From assembly GCA_019058295.1 (NCBI GenBank), contig JAHPZI010000029.1, positions 1 to 58,483 on the forward strand: a stretch of DNA of 58,483 bases, in the 5' to 3' direction. This DNA is from Promethearchaeota archaeon (GTDB lineage Archaea; Asgardarchaeota; Lokiarchaeia; Sigyniarchaeales; SOKP01). The notes beneath the pieces are model-generated. The model saw only the letters and a list, made by a program, of their open reading frames with translations. It ran no database searches and was not told where the DNA came from. The first letter of the stretch is position 1, and every line of letters starts with the position of its first letter. Shown piece by piece: positions 27,837 through 38,336 of the stretch. The position numbers and the translations under genes are program-made.

Positions 27837-30602
27837 TTAATTAGTATACGAAGTTTTAAAGAAATATTCCCCGGAATTAATCTTTAAACATAAAGTCTTA
27901 TTTTCAAAACTTAAGATTTTAATTTCCTTAGATTCCTGAATAGATATTTCATTCTCATAAGCAGTTTCTGCACTTTCAGCAGGTAAACACACAGTAGCAG
28001 TTGTATTAGCCGGAATTGAAACTTCAAGATTGAAAATCCCATTATCTATATTCCAATTTACTTTAATTTTACCATGAATAGATTCATATAAACCTTTAAC
28101 CCATGTTAATGGGTATCCTGGCATAGGTTTGATTATAATATGCTTATATCCAGGTTGGTTCTCATCAAGGTTAATCCCTAGGATAACTCTATAAATCCAT
28201 TCGCCAACTGATCCTATTGAATAATGATTAAACGAATTCATAATTGGATTATAGAAGCCACGTCCTTTTATATAACTGTCCCAATGCTCCCACATAGTAG
28301 TGGCACCTTGATCAATCATAAAAAACCATGATGGAATCCGTCTGCTAAACAGCAAATCATAAGCAATTTCATTTTGACCTGCTCTAACTAATTCAAGCAT
28401 CATAGGAAGTGTTGTCATGAAACCTGTGGATATTCTGCCATCATATTTTTCAATTGCTTTAATTAATTTATTTATTACCTTAGGACGCATTGATGGGGAG
28501 ATTATATTAAAATGAAGCGTTAAAGCATATCCTGCCTGAGTGTTCCCAATCAAACTACTATCTTCTCGAAAATATCTTTTAACGAATTTCTGTTTGATAT
28601 TTTCTACTAGGTTCGTGTATTTCTGTTCATCTTCTTTAAAATCTAAGACTCGTGCCATTTTAGATAAAATGGCAACAGAATTAGCATAATATGCTGTCGC
28701 AAAAATACGAAATGGGATTGTTCCTCCCGTTCTAGGATAGCCTTCAGAGATAATTGTATTACCATTTAACCAATCTCCATAATGGTTTCCAGTATATTTT
28801 AACCAAAGAAAGTTCTTATTTTTAGATCGGATTAAGTCTACGAATTTTTTTGCCGAGTTATAATGCTTCTCAATTAGTTGTTTATCATTATAATTGAGGT
28901 ATGTTTTCCAAGGTAAAATTAAACCACAATCGGCCCAAGCGGCAGCAGTAAATTGTACTTCGCTCATTTCTCTATAAACCGGTGGATAAGGGACGTATAT
29001 TGGATATAACCCATCTTCTCGTTGAGCATCTCTAATATCTTCTATCCATTTAGTATAAAATGCTGCCATATTCATATTAAAAATGGAAGTTTGGCAGAAT
29101 ACTTGGGCATCCCCCATCCAACCCATTCTTTCATCTCTCTGTGGGCAATCTGTTGGAACGCTAATTAAATTATCTATTTGAGTCCATAAAATATTTTCCC
29201 ATAATTTATTAAGTGTTGGATCTGAAGATTCAAATTCTCCTACTATTGGACAATCAGAACTGATAACACACCCCGTAAGAAAGTCAAGACTTGGGGTAAC
29301 ACCCGATTTTAAACCAGTAACTTCAACATATTGAAATCCATGATAAGTGAAATGTGGTTGATATTCCCTTTCATTATTATTCTTAAGGATGTATTTATCA
29401 GTAGCCTTTGCCTCTCTTAGATTTCTTACATATAATCTACCACTAGTCCTTAACCATTCACCATGTCTTATTGTAATAGTAGAATTAGGATCTACTAATG
29501 TCTCATTTACTCGAATCTTACACCATCCTTGGATATTCTGTCCTAAATTAAAAATAAAAACGCCCGTTTTAATCTCATTTACAGAAACTGGGGCTATTTC
29601 CCTAACTATTCTTATCGGTTCATTCATTTGAGCAACTAATTGTGCTTCAATCCCATCATCAATAGTAACATTAGTCCATTTAGAATCATCAAAACCTGGA
29701 GAATCCCAGCCCTGTTGTTCTTTATGACTATCAAAAATCTCCCCAATGAAGTGATCGGACATACGAATTGGGCCATCATCAGTTATTTTCCAACTTGAAT
29801 CTGTTACAACCTCTTTTGAAGAATTATCTTCAAAGATTATATTCATATGAAGAATTAAACGGAGATCCTCTCCATATACTTTATGAGGGACATCGCTTCC
29901 TGGACCCATATTGCCTCTATACCATCCATCTCCGAGAATAGCACCAATTGCATTAACACCCTTGAGTAATAAGTCGGTTATATCATAGGCTTGATATTGG
30001 ATTCTTTTTGTATAATCAGTCCACTCTGGGGCGAGGATATAATCGCCAACACGTTTGCTGTTTAAATATAACTCATAATGTCCCAAAGCAGAGACATAAA
30101 TGTAAGCATATTTTATCTTCTTAGTAATCTCGAACGATTTGCGAAGCATTGGTGAAGGAAAATAATCCCTTTTACGATTTTCAATATCAATATGTTGAGT
30201 TATAGGAGGTAATCCAATCCATTTTGCATTCCAATCTGAGTTTTTCAACAAACCCATAGTCCAAATTGCTGAATTACTCCATTCTGACTCAATATCATCC
30301 TTATCCCATACTTTAACCTTCCAATAACAATGCATTTTGGATTTAAGAGGCTTCCCAGCATAAACAATTTGGATGGATTCATCTGAGTTGATCTTACCTG
30401 TATCCCATAGGTCTCCTTTTGCTTTCTCTATAAGATCTTTGTTACTGGCAACGATAATTCTATAAGACGTCTGATATTGCCCTCGTTCATCAGATTCCAG
30501 AATCCAGCTCAATCGTGGATTTATGGAATCTATTCCTAATGGACTTACGAGGTACTCACACCTTAAATTATTTATAACTAAAGATTTGCTCATTTTTTTC
30601 AT
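27837..30602 (-). CDS. Alpha-L-rhamnosidase (GH78)
   Basis: LRCEYL..PLGID..PRLSW, FTYHGFQYVEV, PTDCPQRDERMGWMGD, GATTMWEHW, SFNHY; no signal peptide. Confidence 0.95.
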   Translation of the reverse strand: MKKMSKSLVINNLRCEYLVSPLGIDSINPRLSWILESDERGQYQTSYRIIVASNKDLIEKAKGDLWDTGKINSDESIQIVYAGKPLKSKMHCYWKVKVWDKDDIESEWSNSAIWTMGLLKNSDWNAKWIGLPPITQHIDIENRKRDYFPSPMLRKSFEITKKIKYAYIYVSALGHYELYLNSKRVGDYILAPEWTDYTKRIQYQAYDITDLLLKGVNAIGAILGDGWYRGNMGPGSDVPHKVYGEDLRLILHMNIIFEDNSSKEVVTDSSWKITDDGPIRMSDHFIGEIFDSHKEQQGWDSPGFDDSKWTNVTIDDGIEAQLVAQMNEPIRIVREIAPVSVNEIKTGVFIFNLGQNIQGWCKIRVNETLVDPNSTITIRHGEWLRTSGRLYVRNLREAKATDKYILKNNNEREYQPHFTYHGFQYVEVTGLKSGVTPSLDFLTGCVISSDCPIVGEFESSDPTLNKLWENILWTQIDNLISVPTDCPQRDERMGWMGDAQVFCQTSIFNMNMAAFYTKWIEDIRDAQREDGLYPIYVPYPPVYREMSEVQFTAAAWADCGLILPWKTYLNYNDKQLIEKHYNSAKKFVDLIRSKNKNFLWLKYTGNHYGDWLNGNTIISEGYPRTGGTIPFRIFATAYYANSVAILSKMARVLDFKEDEQKYTNLVENIKQKFVKRYFREDSSLIGNTQAGYALTLHFNIISPSMRPKVINKLIKAIEKYDGRISTGFMTTLPMMLELVRAGQNEIAYDLLFSRRIPSWFFMIDQGATTMWEHWDSYIKGRGFYNPIMNSFNHYSIGSVGEWIYRVILGINLDENQPGYKHIIIKPMPGYPLTWVKGLYESIHGKIKVNWNIDNGIFNLEVSIPANTTATVCLPAESAETAYENEISIQESKEIKILSFENKTLCLKINSGEYFFKTSYTN

Positions 30603-30646
30603 TCCAATTTTCTTAATTTATTAGAAAATTTTTATGTTTATAATTA

Positions 30647-32575
30647 TTGTTAAAAGTAATGAGAGAATTTGATTATGAAATTCAACCTATAGCGTTAACA
30701 ACAGTTAAAGTTACCGATAATTTCTGGAAGTATCGAATTGAAACCAACCGTAAAGTAACAATTCCATATGCGCTTAAGAAATGTGAAGAAACGCATCGTA
30801 TCGATAATTTTTCAAAAGCAGGAGGATTGATCGATGATGATATCAAACCAAATAATCCTTATGATGATTCCGATGTGTTTAAAATTATTGAAGGTGCTGC
30901 ATATTCTTTAAGTGTGATACCGGATCCTCAGCTCGAGAAATATATTGATGAAATCATAGGAAAAATTGCTGCAGCACAGGAGGAGGATGGGTATCTTTTT
31001 ACAACGAGAACAATAAATCCAAGAAGACCACATTTATTTGCAGGAAGAAAACGATGGAAAAAAGTTGCGACCACTAGTCATGAATTATATAATATGGGAC
31101 ATCTATATGAAAGTGCTGTTGCTTATTATCAGGCGACAGGTAAACGTGTGTTATTGGATGTTGCAATTAGAAATGCTGAACTGATTGATAAAGTATTCGG
31201 CCCCGGAAAAAATGAAAGTGCACCTGGGCATCAAGAAATTGAGATTGGTTTGATTCGACTATATCGCACGATTGGTGATGAAAAATATTTAAAACTAGCA
31301 AAATTTTTCCTTGATGTCCGTGGACCTAATGGTTATGAATATAACCAAACACACAAGAAAGTTATTGAACAAGATGAAGCAGTTGGGCATGCTGTTCGTG
31401 CGACATATATGTATTCTGGTATGACGGATGTCGCCGCACTTACAAATAATAAAGATTATATTAAAGCAATTGATCGTTTATGGGATAATGTTGTCTCAAA
31501 AAAATTATCCATTACAGGTGGTATCGGAGCTAAACCTCAATTTGAAGCTTTAGGAAATAATTATGAGCTTCCAAATATGGCAACATACAATGAAACTTGT
31601 GCTGCCATAGGTAACGTTTACTGGAATCATAGACTTTTCTTATTACATGGAGATGGGAAATATCTTGATATAATAGAACGAACATTATTTAATGGGCTTC
31701 TCTCGGGTATTTCATTGGAGGGGAATTCTTTTTTTTACCCTAATCCGCTCGCATCAGATGGACAATATAGCCGTAGTCCTTGGTTCGATACGGCGTGCTG
31801 TCCCTCAAATTTAACACGATTTATGGCATCAATTCCAAGTTATATATATGCTCAAAAAGATAAGATTTTATATGTAAATCTTTTTATTGGGAGTAGTGCC
31901 ACAGTTTTTATAGATGAAAAACCAGTAGTAATCACTCAAGAGACAGAATATCCTTGGAAGGGTATAGTAAAAATCATAATTAACGTTCAGGAAAGTAGCG
32001 ATTTTACGATTGCTATCCGAATTCCAGGTTGGACCCAGAACCGCTCTGTACCAAGCGACTTGTATCATTATCTGAATAAAAGCAATGAAGAAGTGAACTT
32101 TGAAGTTAATAATAATTCAATTGATTTTAGTAATGAAAAAGGTTTTGCATGTATTCGGCGCACATGGAGAGATGGAGATATTATTGAATTCAACATGCCG
32201 ATGCCCATCAGACGTGTGGTTGCACATGAAAAAGGTAAAAATAATCTAGGAAGGGTTGCAATTGAACGTGGGCCGATTGTGTATTGTGTTGAAGGGATTG
32301 ATAATAAAGTAGATCATGTGTCAAATCTTTTTCTAGATGATGCTGCTAATCTTACATCTGTTTATCATAAAGATATGCTTAATGGAATCGTTGTTATTAC
32401 AGGTGCTATTCATTACCTTAAAAAAGGTAAAAACGAAAAAATCGAAAAGGACTTTCTAGCCATTCCATATTATGCTTGGGCTCATCGTGGAAAGGGTGAA
32501 ATGACGGTATGGCTGATACGAGATCTAGAGGCTTACAAATCATCCAAGCTCGCATCCAAATACCATTCCGCATAA
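30647..32575 (+). CDS. GH127 beta-L-arabinofuranosidase-like glycosidase
   Basis: DSDVFKIIEG, HELYNMGHLYE, GHQEIE, GHAVRA, YNETCAAIG, ACCPSN, RGPIVYC, IPYYAW. Likely start is ATG at 30659. Confidence 0.95.
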   Translation: MLKVMREFDYEIQPIALTTVKVTDNFWKYRIETNRKVTIPYALKKCEETHRIDNFSKAGGLIDDDIKPNNPYDDSDVFKIIEGAAYSLSVIPDPQLEKYIDEIIGKIAAAQEEDGYLFTTRTINPRRPHLFAGRKRWKKVATTSHELYNMGHLYESAVAYYQATGKRVLLDVAIRNAELIDKVFGPGKNESAPGHQEIEIGLIRLYRTIGDEKYLKLAKFFLDVRGPNGYEYNQTHKKVIEQDEAVGHAVRATYMYSGMTDVAALTNNKDYIKAIDRLWDNVVSKKLSITGGIGAKPQFEALGNNYELPNMATYNETCAAIGNVYWNHRLFLLHGDGKYLDIIERTLFNGLLSGISLEGNSFFYPNPLASDGQYSRSPWFDTACCPSNLTRFMASIPSYIYAQKDKILYVNLFIGSSATVFIDEKPVVITQETEYPWKGIVKIIINVQESSDFTIAIRIPGWTQNRSVPSDLYHYLNKSNEEVNFEVNNNSIDFSNEKGFACIRRTWRDGDIIEFNMPMPIRRVVAHEKGKNNLGRVAIERGPIVYCVEGIDNKVDHVSNLFLDDAANLTSVYHKDMLNGIVVITGAIHYLKKGKNEKIEKDFLAIPYYAWAHRGKGEMTVWLIRDLEAYKSSKLASKYHSA

Positions 32576-32608
32576 CTTTTTAAGCAGAATATTTAATCCT
32601 AACCTTAT

Positions 32609-33532
32609 TTATATAGTTATACTTGTAGGAGTAACTTTTTTATAAGGCCCGCTAGTATTATTTGGAAATCCTGGATTTAATTTAATAATTGCGGCAAGAT
32701 GAAAGACTGCCCAGGCTCCACACATATCACAATTTACATCGTTTCCATAACAGCAAAATGGGCGCTCAAAACCCTTCTCTCCAAGATACATAGGAACCAT
32801 ATAATTCAATACAGGACAATTATTTGTTATTTCTAAGGCGTTCTGAGATAGCATAAGATCTAGAACCATAGAGTTGTTTAAAATATATTTAGGATATTCT
32901 TTCTTTAGAGCCATAATGTTTTTTATTACTTTATCTCGTTCTTCTAAATCTTTCCAGCCCAATCCAGTTGTATCATTCTTTTTCGGTACATAGAATGTGA
33001 AGTTTACTCCCCGTAGAGGGGTTTCTTTCTGTAAAACTTCAATGAATTCTTTTAAAACGTGTGCATTTTTCTTTGTAACACAATAACCACACTGAAGATC
33101 TCCAGTAAAATCATCAGGTAAATTGTTCAAATTATTTATCACTTTCTTAAAAGTACCCTTACCCCTTATTTCATCATTAATCTCTTCGGTCCCATCTAAT
33201 GAAATGACCCATTTTATCTTTGGTCCTAAATTGAATAATGGAAGTGTGCCATTTGTTGTTATGATATTTTGAGGGAAGAGTTTAATACCTCGTTCTAATA
33301 CATCTTTTCTTAAGAGAGGTTCTCCTCCCATCCACACCATGTGAATAATTCCGAATTTTCTACGGTATTTTTTAATTTCTTTTATCATTTGGTCAGCGGG
33401 CATTTCATTTTGTTTATTAGGGGTGTTAGGGGTTCCATCACGGTAAACAAAACAATGTTTACACCTTAATGTGCATCTATTCGTAATGTTTATCATTGCA
33501 GCGGGACGGAACTCTTTAGTCAATTCTTTCAC
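32609..33532 (-). CDS. Radical SAM protein with a C-terminal Cys cluster
   Basis: TNRCTLRCKHC, GGEPLL, TTNG, ISLDG; C-terminal CP...CCYG..NCDMCG. Confidence 0.9.
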   Translation of the reverse strand: MKELTKEFRPAAMINITNRCTLRCKHCFVYRDGTPNTPNKQNEMPADQMIKEIKKYRRKFGIIHMVWMGGEPLLRKDVLERGIKLFPQNIITTNGTLPLFNLGPKIKWVISLDGTEEINDEIRGKGTFKKVINNLNNLPDDFTGDLQCGYCVTKKNAHVLKEFIEVLQKETPLRGVNFTFYVPKKNDTTGLGWKDLEERDKVIKNIMALKKEYPKYILNNSMVLDLMLSQNALEITNNCPVLNYMVPMYLGEKGFERPFCCYGNDVNCDMCGAWAVFHLAAIIKLNPGFPNNTSGPYKKVTPTSITI

Positions 33533-33772
33533 TTCTGGCAGTCTTTAAGTTTTAAGGAAATATATCAATAATCATATTATCTAATATTAAGTTACAATCA
33601 AAGTTTCAATCTAAATTTTATCCTAAAAATTTTATTTAGTTCTCCAGTTGAATAGACTTTAATTTAATCTGGAACTTACCCCACAGAGTAGATTTTATTT
33701 CATTTCTCAAATTAAAAATCTAATTTCAAAAAGAAAAGATTAAATATTATCTATACTCAATTTTTAATTATT

Positions 33773-34543
33773 ATGATAGGCTGGTTTATATTCGGATTTT
33801 TACTATTTTGGTGTTTGGTGAATCGCTTCAGAAAAGGGGGTAAAATTGAAGAGTACCCGCTTGGAATGCCTCGTGGAACCGTCAGAGCGTTAATAACGAT
33901 ACTAATCGTATCATTTCCCTTCATATATCTCATCAATGGCGAGGAAATTCCTGGTATAATCACTAATGCGATTTTCATAGTTGTTGCTTTTTACTTTGAA
34001 GCAAGAAGGGGCAAAAAAGATAGAATACGTGCTATAGAAGAAATAAAATATCCTGAAGAAACAAAAAAAATAGAAAAAAAGCCACTATATCTGCCGAAAT
34101 ATTCTGTCAGAATTATATTGGTATCATTGTTAGTGATAATATTGATTATCAACAGTACCGGTCCCAAAGTCCCCTTTGAAATCACTAATACATTAATTGA
34201 TCTCTTAATAATTGTTGTCTTTTTTATTATTGGTACTATATTTGGAGCTATTAAGAATTCTAAAGCAAATAAAAGATTGACAGGTCAAGTTAAAAGCATT
34301 GATAATTATAAATCTCAATCTGCGTACGAAATTAAAGCGAATATCGACAAACAACCAAAAACATGGTGGGAATTAAAAGGTAATAGTATACTTTCTATAA
34401 TTATGTTCATCGCAGTAGTCATATCATTAATATGCTTCACTATTAATTGGGATTTGATGGTAACGATTTTACCAATTTACGAACTTTCTCTGCGTGAATC
34501 ACTCTTACTGCTTATAAGTGTATATTATGGTTTCAGAGATTAG
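33773..34543 (+). CDS. Membrane protein built from repeated TM-hairpin units
   Basis: PLGMPRGTVRALITILIV...VVAFYF repeated as PLYLPKYSVRIILVSLLV...VVFF; a third unit ends ISVYYGFR. Confidence 0.75.
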   Translation: MIGWFIFGFLLFWCLVNRFRKGGKIEEYPLGMPRGTVRALITILIVSFPFIYLINGEEIPGIITNAIFIVVAFYFEARRGKKDRIRAIEEIKYPEETKKIEKKPLYLPKYSVRIILVSLLVIILIINSTGPKVPFEITNTLIDLLIIVVFFIIGTIFGAIKNSKANKRLTGQVKSIDNYKSQSAYEIKANIDKQPKTWWELKGNSILSIIMFIAVVISLICFTINWDLMVTILPIYELSLRESLLLLISVYYGFRD

Positions 34544-34725
34544 AGTTTTCTAATCTCATTTTTTTAGTAAAGTAATGTTGTTTATTAGCACAATATAGGG
34601 AATTAAACCAAAAAGAAAATTAAAGGTTCTTTTTTTTCTTTTTTATATTTTTTTAAAAAATCTGTTATTACATTTAGATCTAACACTTGTTAACATTAAT
34701 TAAGGTTCATTAATAGAAATTTATT

Positions 34726-36009
34726 ATGTCAAAGTTTAAAACACAAGCTATTAATAATGAAATTCTCGAGAAATTAAGCCTTGAAAATAGATACACCATT
34801 CTAAATGAAAATCTAGGACCTGTACTATCTGATGCTCAATTTAATTTTCTTAAAAAAGTTCAAGAAATTTGTTTAAATTTTGAAAAGGAGAAAAATATTA
34901 CTCATGGGCCTGAAGAAGATATTTATGATTGGAGCCCTTATTTCGGCAAAGAAGGTCTTATTACGAGACAGCATGCGTTCGAATGTATTGATTTAAATTA
35001 TGAAGAACACGGTTTAGCAGCAGATTTTATGAGATTACTCGCACTTGCTTTATTTGATCCCCAATTTGCAATGAGTACAGGAGCAACGGTAATATGTGTT
35101 AATCCAATTTACGAGCATCATGAAAATGTCCCTATAAGATTAGAAGCCTTAAAAGAATTAGTAACTGGCAAAACCCCCGGATGTCTTCTTATAACTGAAC
35201 CAGAAAGAGGTTCTGATGCAGTCCACCAATTAACGACATGTGAAGAGCAGCCAGATGGCAGTTTTATTTTAAATGGAGAAAAAATATACAATACGAACGC
35301 TCCAAAATCAAAGTGGGCAGTAGCTTACGCAACCGCAGAAAAAAATAACGGTAATATGATGGCTCAATTCATGATAAATACTTCTTGGGAGGGCTGGAAT
35401 TGCGAAAGAGTGGGAATACCTTGGGTACCGAAACTTTACTTAGGAAAAGAACGATTAGTTAACCTTAGAGTACCAAAAGAATATGTATTAGGGGGAATTG
35501 GAAAAGGTCGTGAGCATCTTTTTGAGGGCTTAATACCGGAGAGAATTGCAATTGCTTTACGGGGTGTTGGTGAAAGTTGGGGTGCTCTTTCTCATGCTAT
35601 TATTTATGCTAATATGAGAAAACAATTTGAAAAGGAAATTTTATTTTTTCAAGGAGTAGGATTCCTTTTAACTGATTTATGGGCGAGAACAATATCTCTT
35701 ACACATGGTTTATTAAAGTTTTGTGAATCTTACGATGAAAAAAAGAAGAAATATGGTAAAGAAGTGCCAGACAACATCTCTCAGGCAATGGTTGCCGCTG
35801 CGAGTCAATATAAATACAGTTGCGCTTTATTATCTAAAGATGTTTGCTATGAATCTGCTAATGTAATGGGGGGTGCTGGACTCTGTGATAACACCTTGAT
35901 GGATGATTATTTACATATATCAAGAATTCAGGAAATTATAGGTGGTTCTCGTCAGATACAACAATTTATCATGTCGCGAGGGCTAAGAAGGTTTTATAAA
36001 CTTCTCTAA
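34726..36009 (+). CDS. Acyl-CoA dehydrogenase (IVD/LCAD-type active site)
   Basis: ITEPERGSD, LNGEKIY, ERIAIA, RKQFEK..FQGV, MGGAG, EIIGGS. Confidence 0.92.
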   Translation: MSKFKTQAINNEILEKLSLENRYTILNENLGPVLSDAQFNFLKKVQEICLNFEKEKNITHGPEEDIYDWSPYFGKEGLITRQHAFECIDLNYEEHGLAADFMRLLALALFDPQFAMSTGATVICVNPIYEHHENVPIRLEALKELVTGKTPGCLLITEPERGSDAVHQLTTCEEQPDGSFILNGEKIYNTNAPKSKWAVAYATAEKNNGNMMAQFMINTSWEGWNCERVGIPWVPKLYLGKERLVNLRVPKEYVLGGIGKGREHLFEGLIPERIAIALRGVGESWGALSHAIIYANMRKQFEKEILFFQGVGFLLTDLWARTISLTHGLLKFCESYDEKKKKYGKEVPDNISQAMVAAASQYKYSCALLSKDVCYESANVMGGAGLCDNTLMDDYLHISRIQEIIGGSRQIQQFIMSRGLRRFYKLL

Positions 36010-36158
36010 TTTCTTAAAAAGATGCAGATATAGGTAAGAGAAGCTTTTTTTTCTATTTTTTTTATTCACAAGCCATTTTCAAATAGATGTTAAGAAAATT
36101 AAAAAATCAAGGTTAATTCATAATTGGTGTAGAAATAAAATTAATCATAGATTTATTA

Positions 36159-36719
36159 ATGAAAAAAAAAATTAGATTATCGGGTCGTGGAGGACAAGGG
36201 ATTAAATTTTTAGGAAGTGCTTTAGTTAGAGTTGCAATGGAGGCAAACTATTACGCAACACTTTCTGTCGACTATACACCTTCTGTACGAGGCGGCCCGA
36301 TTTTTTGCGATGTTATCCTAAGCTCAGAGGAAATTTCTTATCCGTTCTGTGACGAAGACGCCGATATTTTTATTGCTTTAGATCAAGAAGGATTTGAACG
36401 AGCAAGTGAATGCATATGTGAAAAAACTATTTCCTTTATTGATTCCAACACAGTAAATAACGCTGAACAAGTAATCCAGAGAGGTATTATTCATCGGATT
36501 CCTCTTACCAAATATGCAGACGATAATCAGGTAGCTAAAACAGTAAATATACTCTCTTTGGGATTTCTCTCGGAATACCTTAGTGAAAATGGAAAAATTA
36601 ACTTAAAAGAAGAACATTACTTCCAAGTTTTTAATAAAATGCCAGAAAGGATTAGGGAAATTAACATTCGAAGTTTTCAGGTAGGGAAAACTCTTTATAA
36701 AGAATGTTCTCTCAATTGA
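36159..36719 (+). CDS. korC: 2-oxoacid:ferredoxin oxidoreductase gamma subunit
   Basis: IRLSGRGGQG, YTPSVRGG, NILSLG. Confidence 0.88.
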   Translation: MKKKIRLSGRGGQGIKFLGSALVRVAMEANYYATLSVDYTPSVRGGPIFCDVILSSEEISYPFCDEDADIFIALDQEGFERASECICEKTISFIDSNTVNNAEQVIQRGIIHRIPLTKYADDNQVAKTVNILSLGFLSEYLSENGKINLKEEHYFQVFNKMPERIREINIRSFQVGKTLYKECSLN

Positions 36720-36895
36720 AATTATTACATAATTGTTTTATAATAAACATTATTTAGAAACTACAGTTTTCAACATAGTTATGGTTTTAATATAAAATAC
36801 CTATACTTTAAAAAAGCAAATTTAAAAGAGAAATTAACATTTTTAAAGCATAATTAGGAAAAATTTAACCAGAAGTTTAAGAGAGATAAAAAAAG

Positions 36896-37201
36896 TTGAA
36901 ATTAGAATCTACTCGAAGTCCCATTTTACCACCACCTCACCTTCAGAAAAAGTATGAAGTTATAATTGAATCTGAACAATGTGATGGTTGTAAAATCTGT
37001 GTGGATTTTTGTCCTAAAGAACTTTTAGAGGTTAGCGAAAAGACCAACAGTCGCATGCTTCATTATGTAGTCATAACTGAACCTGATGACTGTTTAGGAT
37101 GTAAACAATGCGAACGATTATGTCCCACTACTTCCATATTTATTAAAGAAATTGATTTAGAGGATGATGCCATAAATGAATCTAAAACAAAGCGAAAATG
37201 A
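36896..37201 (+). CDS. korD: 2-oxoacid:ferredoxin oxidoreductase delta subunit (2x[4Fe-4S])
   Basis: CDGCKICVDFCP and CLGCKQCERLCP; directly upstream of the alpha subunit. Confidence 0.88.
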   Translation: MKLESTRSPILPPPHLQKKYEVIIESEQCDGCKICVDFCPKELLEVSEKTNSRMLHYVVITEPDDCLGCKQCERLCPTTSIFIKEIDLEDDAINESKTKRK

Positions 37202-38333
37202 TCCACATAATAAGGCAATTTTAACTTCTGGAAATTATGCCTCTGCAGAAGGAGCCATAGCAGCAGGGTGTTTGCTCTTTGCGGGGTATCCTATTACACC
37301 TTCCTCAGAGATTGCTGCTTATATGTCTAGACGTCTTCCAGAAGTTAATGGTACGTTTATTCAGATGGAAGATGAGTTGGCGTCCGTTGCTTGTTGCTTA
37401 GGGGCCTCTTATGCGGGCACTAAATCGATGACTGCTACTTCAGGTCCTGGGCTTTCGCTTATGGCTGAAAATATTGGTTTAGGGGTTATGCTGGAAGCTC
37501 CAGTAGTTATCGTAACGATAATGCGAGGAGGACCAAGTACCGGCCAGCCGACAAACGCTTCCCAATCTGATGTGTATCAAGCTCGCTATGCTTCTCACGG
37601 GGATTATCAAATTATTGTTTTGGCACCATCTACGGTTCAAGAAATGTATGATTTAACAATACGTGCGTTCAATTTAGCCGAAAGATATCGTACCCCCGTA
37701 ATTGTTGCATCAGATGGAATCCTAGGACAGATGATGGAACCTGTATATTATCATTCTAATTTTGAAAAAGTAGAGCGTAAAAAACCACAAGTTCCACCAG
37801 AAAAATATAAACCGTTTGAGGTATTTGACGATGATCTTGTACCAGGAATGGCTGTAGCTGGAACTGATTATTATTTTTATGTTTCAGGGTTAACTCACGA
37901 TATTGAAGGTAATCCAGATATGACTCCAGAGGGGGCAGAAACACTTATTAAGCGCCTGTGTGATAAAATTACAAGAGCTCGTCCTGAAATTAATGATTGG
38001 GAGGAAAAATATATAGATGATTCTGATACAGTTGTATTATCCTATGGGATTAATGCGAGGGGAGTACCTGAAGCGATTGAACAAGCACGTCAACAAGGAC
38101 ATAAAATGGGTTATGTGCGACTTAAAAGCCTATGGCCTTTTCCTGACGAGTTAATGGAAAAATTAGGTCGGCAAGGGGTTTCAAAAGTAATTGTATCTGA
38201 GATGAATTATGGAATGCTAATACGAGAAGTTCAACGATTCCAACATTTATTTGAAGTTTCTGGCATAACTATTCCTACAACTATTCCATTTAGTCCAAAA
38301 TTTATTTATAAGAAGATGATAAAGGAGGTTTAA
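37176..38333 (+). CDS. korA: 2-oxoacid (2-oxoglutarate-type):ferredoxin oxidoreductase alpha subunit
   Basis: FAGYPITPSSE, QMEDE, TATSGPG, MRGGPSTG. Confidence 0.93.
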   Translation: MNLKQSENDPHNKAILTSGNYASAEGAIAAGCLLFAGYPITPSSEIAAYMSRRLPEVNGTFIQMEDELASVACCLGASYAGTKSMTATSGPGLSLMAENIGLGVMLEAPVVIVTIMRGGPSTGQPTNASQSDVYQARYASHGDYQIIVLAPSTVQEMYDLTIRAFNLAERYRTPVIVASDGILGQMMEPVYYHSNFEKVERKKPQVPPEKYKPFEVFDDDLVPGMAVAGTDYYFYVSGLTHDIEGNPDMTPEGAETLIKRLCDKITRARPEINDWEEKYIDDSDTVVLSYGINARGVPEAIEQARQQGHKMGYVRLKSLWPFPDELMEKLGRQGVSKVIVSEMNYGMLIREVQRFQHLFEVSGITIPTTIPFSPKFIYKKMIKEV

Positions 38334-38336
38334 TTA

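Noticed and set aside
36730-36801. Short AT-rich palindromes between korC and korD
   Set aside because: Short and imperfect; expected at this base composition.
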